A stretch of DNA of 63,800 nucleotides, the filler included, from Choristocarpus tenellus KU-1152 (Eukaryota; Protista; Phaeophyceae): NCBI GenBank assembly GCA_964200185.2. It is 11 parts of 11 records of this genome, joined end to end, with 100 filler letters (N's around TTAATTAATTAA, not from the genome) between each part and the next. Parts side by side here need not be neighbours in the genome. Positions count along the whole stretch, not along the records: positions 33,427 to 50,260 come from CAXNAD020000763.1; 10 more parts are not named here. One strand, written 5' to 3'. Both the position numbers and the translations under genes were made by a program. Below, in pieces: positions 40,201 through 50,360 of the stretch. Within the stretch, counting starts at the first letter, position 1. Every line of letters starts with the position of its first letter. The notes under the pieces were generated by a model. That model was given only the letters and a program-made list of their open reading frames with translations. It ran no database searches and was not told the origin of the DNA.

Positions 40201-43200
40201 GCTGAGGTGTTGTGTGGTGATGGGGGGGTGTTGTACCAGCCACTGGAAATGGGGCCTACAAGGAACATTCTTTCGGTTCCACTTCTCGGAACATAAAACA
40301 AAATATCCTCTTCAAACAGTTTTATCTATAGCTTCAAATTGAGCCATCATACATTACTGGGAAAGTCTTTGTATTCGTGAAGAAAGGACCAAAACAAAAA
40401 GTGCAATTTCATAATGTCGCAGACTTACAGGATAGAGGGAGTACCATAACAATAGATTTATCCTGAACATAATTGCTTTCAACCTTGATGTTTTACCATT
40501 GTGCTAGGTTACACCCAAGAACCCAAGCATATAAACACTATTGCATGTATATATGTAGTATGTGTTGTTCCGTTTTCACCTCAACATCTACCCCATGAAC
40601 CAGGAACTCGTCGCAGTACTCTGCCAGCAATGCCAGACTCTCCTTAGTCACTGCAAATTCTGTGAAGACCTATCATAGTAGTCGAGGTAAGCGTGCATGA
40701 TAGCAAGGGGAAAAGGTGAGTTCATGCCTCAGAATTAAAACTTCAACCATGAGCGGCATTATGTAAACATCTCGCATGAGAATGTTCTTCAGATGGTTCC
40801 AAGGAAATCAGGCAAAAAGAAAAAAATGAGAATTTTCAGTATATATATCTATTTCTAAAATAACGGGGGAAAATAACAATGTCAACAAAAATATGCTTCG
40901 TAAATAGCCTATAATATTTATTGCTGTACATAATATATGTAGTGAGATAGGGTGTGATACACGTAGTACATACTTTTTATTATGGATATGTTGACAGGAA
41001 AAGGACCCCGACATGGTTGATTCCAAAATGTCTTAGACACTTCCTCTAAAAACCGAAAAACAGCACATCAAATAGAACTTTGAATAGGCGACCTTTACCA
41101 AACTAAATATCTCTTACAAGATATATAGATATGACATTTTTTAAAGCCATGGTATTATTGAGTGGAACAATTTAGTCTGTTGTGAGGATTTGGGACTTCA
41201 AAAAGTCTCCTACCGGACACTCCATTTCCCATGCCTGAAATGGTCAACCCCCCTTTCACAAGGCTGGTAATTAGAGGGGCCCTAAATAGTCAATGACAGC
41301 CATTTCTATTGTAAGATAGCACTACTGCACTTTCATATATTTCAAATTTATGTACCACAGATGGGTCCATATATACCTCTTGTGTATGCAACTGTGAAAG
41401 TAGAAAGAGTAGAAAATATGTTCACCCAACTTAAAAAAAGACGCAATCTGTAACCCGTATTTATGTAAAGAAGAAAAAACAAGTAAAAATAAAATGATCT
41501 AAGTAACGAGAGTTCAATCTTTTGTACCTCAAAAATAAAAGAGAACATCTTTAAATTAAAGTTCTGAACAACGAAAAAAGTACAACTGTGATCCAATTTC
41601 CCTCAGTTCATCATTCCTACCATTTCTTCAACTCTGTATGGCCCTCCCCTATAATATTTTTTAATAGTTCAAACTGTATTCCAAGTCTCCGTTCTATTCT
41701 ATATTTTTTGCACTGCACTCTGTCTTCCATTTTGTCTATGCACAAGACAAAATGCTTCATAAAAGAACAAAAACTAACAAATTACTTCCTTCGTTCAGAA
41801 TTAAATGTAACACAACTCGTTCGCAGTAAGCTACTTCAAGGGCATCTTCCATTGAACCAGCTGCCAGTTGGACGAGGCCTATTCCTCATAGAGATTAGGA
41901 GGTGTGCAAAGTTTGAGGTGGTGGGCTGTCATGACTCTGGAGGATCTCCAGTGCAAAGTCGACTAAGTCGCATTTGATCGGGTTCAAAAACCTCATGAAA
42001 CTGTCAAAGCTTCTGCGTATTGGAATGTCTAGAATAAAGACCCTCTGTCCTTTGAGTGACTAGCTCATCCCGGTGTTGCAAGTTGGTCAAATTCTTTGGC
42101 CCAGAAGTCTGTCCAGGGTCCAGACTCCCCTGTGAAGAAGAGCATGGTGGCATGATATCTGGAGGCAAGAGGGTGTGTGAGACTTGGATTCCTTGGGGGA
42201 CAGTGGAAACCATTGCATAAGGCTTTGGGATTTCCTGAATCACTATGTTCCGTCATCTGAAGGAGTATGGCAGTCAGATTGCATGGGGTGAATGCATGGA
42301 CCTTGTACGACGTCGCAAGGGGTATTGTGGCCGCCATACAAGTATCCTCGAAGTTTGGGATATCTGATCGATGCACCACACATCCTTCCACAAATGGGGT
42401 CTCCCTTACCTTGTTGTGAGATCTGCGCAAGCACAAGATGGTGAAGGTCAAGCGGTGGATTAGAAGCAGTCCTCTCAGAGCACAAGAATACCAATAGGGT
42501 GGGTTTCGTCATCACTCACATGCACAGGAGGGGGGGAAGTGGAGTATTAGTGGAACATCTGTATGACTAGGTGCATGTGGATGAGAAGTGGTTCTGCATC
42601 CTCAAAGTTCGTCAAGGTGTGTACCTGAACCCCCCAAATCCCTACAGGCACAGAGTAAGCCTTACATCACAAAGGTGATGTTCCTTGCAGCTGTGGCCTA
42701 CCCTGGGAACTCTCCAACGGGGTGGGGTGCAATGAGAAAGTTGGGATCTAGCCAATTGTGGACACTGAGGTTGCTCAGTGCTCCAGCAAACACTGCCCCA
42801 AGGGCATCAAGGTGCTTGTGCCAGCATGATGGATGGGGAGAGGTATAAGAAGCTCATGATCGAGGATCCCATTCCAGCAACCAAGGCCCGCATGCCTAGA
42901 CCAGAAGGTCATATCATTTTCGTGAAGCAGGATGGGGCAAAACCACATACAATGGAGTGGATTATCGAGAAATCAAGGAGGTGCCAGGGACAGCGTTTTC
43001 GTAGAGACCCAGCTCGCCAACTCACCTGACCTCAACGTAAATGACCTGGGATTCTTTCATTCCATCCAGCAACTGAAGGAAGATATGGGGGCGACCAACA
43101 CAGAGGAGCTGGTGGGGGCCACTATCAAGAACATTTTTCATATTCATGCGCAAAAGTAGAATCTGTAAGAAAAAGTCTGATGATGGAAGTGACCATTTTT

Positions 43201-46188
43201 GTGTTCCGAAGAACAGAAGAAGACTGTAGGTTAATGAACTAGAATGTGAAAGAGTTCAGGAATAGGAAACATTGTAGGAAGTAATCTACGATTAATGATC
43301 CACAGAATAGGATTGATTTGGTGGCAAGGAACACCCCCTCCTTGGGCTTGAAGCCTCACTCCACCTTTCTCCTTCCTTGCTTCATCTACAACCTGCCCGA
43401 CCCACTAAGTAATTAATCAAGTCATTTATCTACGCAAGTCTTGGGAACATGAGCTTCTTTAACGACCACAATGGAGGCGTTTGATGTATACCCCCAGGAG
43501 ACAGTAGAGCACATCTAGCAGAACCTCTTCAAAGTCTTCGAAATTCCCCATCTTACTTAGCAAGGAAAAGGCTGAGAAGGCATGCAAGCTCCTCAGAATG
43601 CACAGGTGGATGTGGAGAAATACCGTGCTTGAATGGAGTTTTGAAGGGCTTCAGGGGTGGGGAATCATAGATCAGTGCAGGTTGCTCCATTTTTCTTGAG
43701 GTTTTGGTGGGCAACCTTTTAGTGTCTGCACAACTCATATATTTCAAGCACAAAACAAAACACACTTTGCATTGTCTTCTGCTAACAACAATGATTTCAT
43801 TGCTAGAGCATGAATAGCTGAAGCAATGACAAGCATCAGCATTGCAATGTGCAGGGGCAGTCGCACTCATCAGGCAGGTACTATGTACACTCTTCAAAGA
43901 AACTCACGGTCCATCTGGAGGACCCAAGCACCCACAAAATGTCTCTACCAGCAATAATAAACTCACTAACAAATTTGAAGAAATACTGAGTGAAAGTATG
44001 TTAGGGTTAGGGTACGAATTTTTTCTATCTGTCCGTTTGGGGCTCGACTTCCCACGGGTTCTTCTTTAACGACATTTTTCCTACTCCAAAATGTTTCAGA
44101 GTAGGAAAAATGTATACGTTGTGAAATGGTGTATCCGGAACGAGGATGTTGACACTTCCAAACAAACACAATAGCCAAAATTACATTAAAATCGCAATAT
44201 TGGATGTTGGCCTCCAAACGGACCTGGCTCCATCCTCTAAGATCGACTCACTGAGAAGAGCAAGACTAGCAATCAAGTAAATATGTTCAAGGAGTGCAGT
44301 AATATTAGATAATCCAGACACAACTCTCCCCCCTTACCTAATAGTAGTGGACAAACGAAATCGACTGAAAAAAACGAACAAAATAAATTAAATTGATAAC
44401 AAAATACATTTTTTTCAGTCAATGGGGTTTCATTCAACACTGCCATGAATAAAAAGGCAAACAAGAGTCTCCCTCTCCTACTCCCTCCACCTGGAAGTCA
44501 CTACAGGTGACAAAAAACATTGTAGAAAAAAAAATAGTGAATAACAGTACAGCCCTTTCAGTATCATATTCAGTCAATAAGAAATATACACCTGCTTTCC
44601 TTTTTAAAGGGTTAGGGCTAGGACTGGTACTGCGCAATGTGCTGGAAAACTTCCTAATAGTGCTCAGAACTTCCCAATGCATACGCGAATGCCCTGTTTC
44701 AATGAGCACATTGAACCGTTTCAAGCCAATTCACAACATACTCATAAATTGTTTCAATTGACTACACTATCACAAAACTTAAACATTACTGCGATTGCAG
44801 AACTATAGAGCCAAACTAAACAAGAATTTCTCAGGGTCGCATTTCAAGGATGTCACCAAATAAATGTGTAAGATTCGACCTTTTGTGCAAACAAATGCAC
44901 ATAGGCACATGTTAACAAATGCACATAGGTACATGTATGTATAGGTACATGTTTCAACTCTCGTCCATTTTTTTCAAACAACACGAAAATCAACATGGAC
45001 AAGTCAGATCATAAACAAGTCAGATCATAATAGCACTTCAATCACAGAAAAAAGGGATAAATCCAAACATGAACAAGGTGCCTTCTGATGCCAAACAGCA
45101 AAAACCCTGGTGCCTCTCATCCTTACTTTGGACCACTAAACTAGCCTCAATTAGTACTGATATACTAGGTAGTACATTTGAGAATTAAAAAATATATTTT
45201 AGTACAGTAGCAAACTTCGCACAACTATGTAGCCAAGATATTACAAAATATAAAATAAATCAGGGTTGAAGCACGGTTTTATTTATCCTTTGTGATATGA
45301 AATTCTTACCTGCCATTTATCTGTAACAACATAAAAAGGACCATCCCCTCTATCGCCTGGCAGTCGACGGCAGCTCAGGTCCAAGACCAGCCTGGAAGGG
45401 GAAAGGGTTTGTTTTCAAGGGTCATGAACATGAGAGCAACAGATGGCAGGCCATATTAGAGAGGCACTCAGTGCTAGAGCAGGGAAGTGATGCTGAGATC
45501 GAGATCACAGACTAGAAAAAAAAACAAGAGCACTTTCAAAATCATACAAAAAACATACACATATGCGTATGTGAGCATATTTTAATTCAAATTTTAGATT
45601 GTCAAGTCCCCGTTTCAAGGACATAATAATAACTCTTAAAAAAAAATGAACATGCAACAATTTTTTACACACCAATCCACTCTCAGTCACTAAAACTAAA
45701 AAAAATGAATACAAACATTTTTTCACTTATATTCTCCCCCCCCATATATATATGTATATGTATCATTTTGAATCAAAGGACAAAACATGACCCTATAGTG
45801 CTAACATATTAGTACTGTAACATAAACCATCACGTATCACATATACCATACCATACCATAACTTAACACCACTCCTGTTCTCTGCTGAGTGCTGTTTTTA
45901 CCATCAAATTTTCTTTTTTTGTTCTTTGTTATTATTTTTCTCTTCCACTGCTTTTTTTTATTCTCTTGAGTGGTCCTTGCTGCCTTTTCTTTTATCAGAG
46001 CGCATTGTCTTCTTTCCACTACTTTTCCCACCAACCCTAATATCTCACAAATACTACTTGGTAATTAAATTAAATTAAATTGAATTAAATAAAAATAATT
46101 TTTCCACTTTGATATTTTTGTTCACTTGCCTTTCTTTTCCAACTGCAGTCCTTAGCTCGTCCAGCCTATCCCATGCAATTTTCCCGGC
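34282..46188 (-). CDS. hisA: ProFAR isomerase (eukaryotic-type HisA/His6), C-terminal five exons
   Basis: Exons 46188-46130 (GC donor), 45391-45310, 40669-40580, 35134-35027 and 34458-34282 splice in frame to ...[13 protein letters not shown]...YVVTDKWQ...[18 protein letters not shown]...[10 protein letters not shown]...[16 protein letters not shown]..., diagnostic His6-family motifs. Confidence 0.95.
36082..36327. mobile_element. MITE family D
   Basis: TIRs gagctgaagtaaacgagaggtacccagg / cctggatacctcttgtctattttggctc. Confidence 0.75.
36450..39858 (-). mobile_element. Decayed, internally deleted Ty1/Copia LTR retrotransposon in a HisA intron
   Basis: Putative 5' LTR TGTT...AACA at 39673-39858. 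Gag (FQVLRDRF), two CCHC-like knuckles (CFKCGGPH; YICSGPGH), protease [12 protein letters not shown]-pre-integrase HMQLGH...[10 protein letters not shown] remnants ([12 protein letters not shown]; TRTDVSFAV...P...W) and an RNase H-like VTGFV. Many stops and frameshifts; no 3' LTR seen. Confidence 0.9.
39990..40441 (-). mobile_element. Mariner (Stowaway/DD39D-like) fragment
   Basis: TIR end gagggag followed by TA at 40435-40443; transposase remnant [11 protein letters not shown]. Confidence 0.65.
41785..43545 (+). mobile_element. Decayed plant-type mariner (DD39D-like) transposon
   Basis: TA + CTTCCTTCGTTC terminus. Frameshifted transposase motifs [26 protein letters not shown] and [16 protein letters not shown]. 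Interrupted by a ~340-bp insert near 43127-43468. Confidence 0.9.
43225..43390. mobile_element. Possible solo-LTR-like segment within the mariner insert
   Basis: TGTAG...CTACA ends preceded by a purine tract; no TSD or second copy. Confidence 0.3.
43988..44249. mobile_element. MITE family A with a telomeric repeat in its left TIR
   Basis: TSD act/act; body matches the other family A copies. Confidence 0.85.
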
Positions 46189-47077
46189 CTGATTTGTAAC
46201 AAAAAAGATAGAAAAAAAGAGTGTGCGTACTATTTATTCCATCTTTTTCAGGGATCAGTCCGCGTTTTTTTTCTGTTTTGAGGCAATAAAAAAATTAATA
46301 GAGGAAAGGGGGAGAGGAACCTTCCATTCCAAAATCAACAAAAAATAAAACAAACGACACTAAAAGTAAAAAATAAAATGATAATGAGAATAATACGTTA
46401 ATAAAAAATAGTGTGATAGTAGGACAAGGCACGAGACAAAATATTAATAAAAAGAAAAATATCCTAAAACGGTATATATATGTGTGTGTGTACGTATGCA
46501 TGCATGCCTATATGTGAGTCACATCATTAGAGTGACTGGACTGATACCTTCTCATTCCCAAGTCGTTTGTTGTAAAAAATAGTAAATTAATTATTTGTAC
46601 CTTGAAAAATTGCAACAAAACCTAATTTTCAAAATATGTTTTAGTCATACTGATATTATTTTATGCCCCAACAATTAGTGGCTTATTACTACTCCTCAAG
46701 CTACTATCCCCTCCCTCACTTCCCACACTCCGCCTTTGTTACCACAGCTTTTGGAATCCTCTCAGATAGTTGTGCACAATGATGAAAAAAAAGAAAACAT
46801 TTTGTTTTTTTGTTAAGCAAGACCCTCTTGAAAACAACCCCCTGTAGGAAGATATGATAGAAGCAAACACAGGACATTTTTTTTTCTTATCAAATTAAAT
46901 TCCACTCTCTCTGTGTGACCATTCTCACTCAGCAAAAAAAATAAAGTGTTATTGGACAAAAACTCCCGAGAAGATGATAGATCATCAGTGAAAAAAATAA
47001 TCTCCTTCCTACCCACATAAAAACAATATCAAAACCAAATTTCAAGATGCTCTTTAAAGATAGACATAAAATAAAAG

Positions 47078-47078
<1 letters not shown>

Positions 47079-47110
<32 letters not shown>
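47079..47110. repeat. (TA)n microsatellite (another at ~47737-47765)
   Basis: Read directly. Confidence 0.9.
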
Positions 47111-47111
<1 letters not shown>

Positions 47112-47734
47112 CCCTAAACCCCCTAGTTGCTGACTAGAACAATATATTTCTCTTTTTACTTACATCTACTTTTTTTCCCCTCTCTTTCACCTTCCCAATC
47201 ATCTCAATTGTTTTCAATCGAAAATCAATCAAGGGCAGAAGGAGCAACCTTGCTACTACTACTACTTCCGTGTATCACAGGGCCAATCTTGTAGATTAAA
47301 TATTTTTTGGCCTCCTTCTGCACTCTCAAATCTTGACACGACGCAGGGATAAAATCAACAAGGATCAAAAAAAGGAAAACTAATCTTTACCAACACTACA
47401 ACAATGTGTCCTTTACCAGAATTGCACCCAGACACAGGGTGCTCTTGAGAATCACGCCTCAAGAGAGGAAGCAGCAACCTTACTACTACCAAAAGGTACA
47501 GCAAACATGGACCCAGACCAGTACTGTACACAGGAATAGGGTACTGTTGAGAATCACACCTCAAGGATGGAACCAGCAAGGACAGAAGCAGCCACACTGT
47601 ACTACGATAAGGTGCAGCATACCCTGACGAGGATTGCACAGTGGTTTAGGATAAAGGGAACAAATATAGCCAAGAAATCGTCAGCCTGCCAGCTTTGAGG
47701 ACAAATCAGGATTGGACATTACAAGGTATACTGT

Positions 47735-47768
<34 letters not shown>

Positions 47769-48993
47769 TGCGGTGTATACTCAGTACCTCATATCGTCAT
47801 CGGTTTCTTTCCCAGTGGTTAGATAGTCGCACCATTTCACTGTCTCCATCAATTATACATGTACTTGCATAGGATATAGATAGTATCATGCCTCATGGAT
47901 AGAAGCAGCAAATTTCAGAGCAATACCACAGAAGCATATTGAAACCAGCGAGGCATGCAGCAATAACTTGGAGCACTTCAGTGCCTACTTTTGAGACTCA
48001 TGCTTTATAGTCCCCTGCCACCCTGTATGTCGGGCGTATGAGGCATGCCAAGCAGATACGGGCCCTAAGAAAAAAAAAAAAAACTGTTTTCAGGCGCTTT
48101 GAATGTATATACAACCTATATATTTCAAAAAAGCATGCGTGTGTTTATGTACATGCTTCCCATACTGAAAAACCAAGAGAAAGATTTGACGTTTCAATTC
48201 TAAAACCAGATTTTTCAAAAATATGTGCACATGGTCTTGAGTGTCGAACAAAACGAGCAAGAGCCATCGATATGAAGGCAACCCTTACTATCAAAACATA
48301 TTATTAAAATTTAAATATTTTTGATCTTGTATTAGAATACAGAGGAAGGAAGACAGTTCAGAAAATGATCTTGTTTCAGCAATTGCCAACAATGGCAAAA
48401 AACGAAAAAAAATTCCATCCACAAACAAAGCGCACCCCTCCACCATCCACCCCTTCATCCTCCCCCTCCCCATGAACACAATGTTTCAATATTAGTACTT
48501 AAAGGTGATTTGCAAAATGACATGCCGGAATGCCACAAATGCAACGTATAACCAACCCAAAAACACGTCAAGAGCCATCAACACGGATGAGCTGTGAAAT
48601 CCCTGGCTCACGAGACTGTTACGGTGCATGACTCAGGTCTTCGATTCCTATTCATTGTAATGCCTCTAGGGAGGGAATGGAAACCCAACAACCTTCCCGT
48701 GTGCAGATGCATGCACCTGAAACCATCTTCAACAACACCACACTTATCCAAAAGATGTCCAACAGATACTGATACCAATCCCGATCCTCCAGCATTAATA
48801 ACTAAAAAATATGGTAAAATGTGCTATTTTAAAAAAGCACTTGATAAAAAGGTGTGTGTGTAGGGGGGGGAAGGGGGGGGGGCGTGCAGCGGGAAGGGAC
48901 AGGACAGGATAATTAATTGGCGANNNNNNNNNNATACACAAAAAAAAAAAAAAAAAAAAAAATAAGAAAGATTATAAAAAAAAAAAAAAAAAA

Positions 48994-49034
<41 letters not shown>

Positions 49035-49463
49035 CGTGCAGCGGGAAGGGACAGGACAGGATAATTAATTGGCGAAAAAACTTTATAGTGGGATGGTAAC
49101 AGTGTCCCAGGTGAGCTTCGATATCTGCGGGCATATTTCAACCTCCAATTTACAGTGTACAGGCTTGGGATGGATAAGATGAGATACCACAAGGAAATGT
49201 TTGCTGTACCACCTTGGAGGAGGAAAGGGAGCAAGGACCAGGGACGAAAAAAACAGGGATACCCCATCTTATACGGTACAACCTTCAAAGAAATCAATGA
49301 CGGTATGTGTTGGGTTATACCACCTGCAGCGTACCTTGTACCGCCATACCGAACCCCCAATACTTAGATGGCGGCGATTTCTGATTTTTGTTTTCATAAA
49401 ATTGACAGCCTGTGCAATCTTGAGCTGTGTTTGCATCTCCAGCATACATTGACAAAATATATA

Positions 49464-50260
49464 CTACCTTCGTTCGGAATTAAATGTAACACAACTCTTG
49501 CAAGCTCCATTCTCGCCTGGGAATGAATGACCCATGCGATGAACCCTCTGAATGAAGGCCTTTTCCTCATAGAGATAAGGAGGCGTGCAAAGTTTGAGGT
49601 GGCGGGCCGTCATGACTCTGGAGGGTCACCAGCGCAAAGTCGACCAAGTCGCATAGGGCAAGGTTTATAATCCTCATGAAACTGTCAAAGTGGGCGATAG
49701 TCGGGATGTCTAGGACAAAAGACCACCGTCGTTTGAGCGGCCCGCTTGTCCTATTGTTGCCCATCAGTCCCACTTCTTAGGCCCAGAAGTCTGTCCGGGG
49801 TCCTTAATCAAACACCCCAGAGCTAAGAACAGTGTGGTGGCATGGTTGGTGCCTGGAGGTGAGAGGGCACGGGACTAGGATGTCTTGGGGGGTGGCGGGC
49901 GGCTATTGTGGAAAAACTTTGGAATTTCCTGAATCACTGTGTTCCATCATCTGAAGGAATATAACAGCCAGATCGCATGGGGTTGTTATATGTGGTCGCC
50001 ATACAAGTTTGGGACATCCCATCGGTGTACGACACAACCCTAACCCTAACCACATATCCTTCCGCAAACGGGTGGCCAAAGCTGGGATCTCCCTGGGATA
50101 TGTGTCCAGGTGCAAGAAGGTGAAGGCCTAGCGGTGGATTAAGTCAGTCGTCTCAGACCAGCAGAATATCAACAGGGTGAGTTTCGTCATCACCCACATG
50201 CACAGGAGGGGGGGGGGGAGGGGGGGGTATTAGTGGACCATCTATATGACCGAGTGCATG
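49464..50260 (+). mobile_element. Second copy of the mariner family, 5' half, cut by the contig end
   Basis: TA + CTACCTTCGTTC terminus; colinear with 41785-42580. Confidence 0.9.
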
Positions 50261-50360
50261 NNNNNNNNNNNNNNNNNNNNNNNNNNNNNNNNNNNNNNNN
50301 NNNNTTAATTAATTAANNNNNNNNNNNNNNNNNNNNNNNNNNNNNNNNNNNNNNNNNNNN

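Noticed and set aside
13981-46188. hisC and hisA in one window as a eukaryotic histidine gene cluster
   Set aside because: They are on different contigs separated by four artificial spacers. Genes are truncated at the spacers and MITE flanks across the 29187 spacer do not match, so linkage is unsupported.
48862-49075. ~60-bp direct repeat around a 10-N gap
   Set aside because: Probable overlap artefact at a scaffold gap with homopolymer noise.
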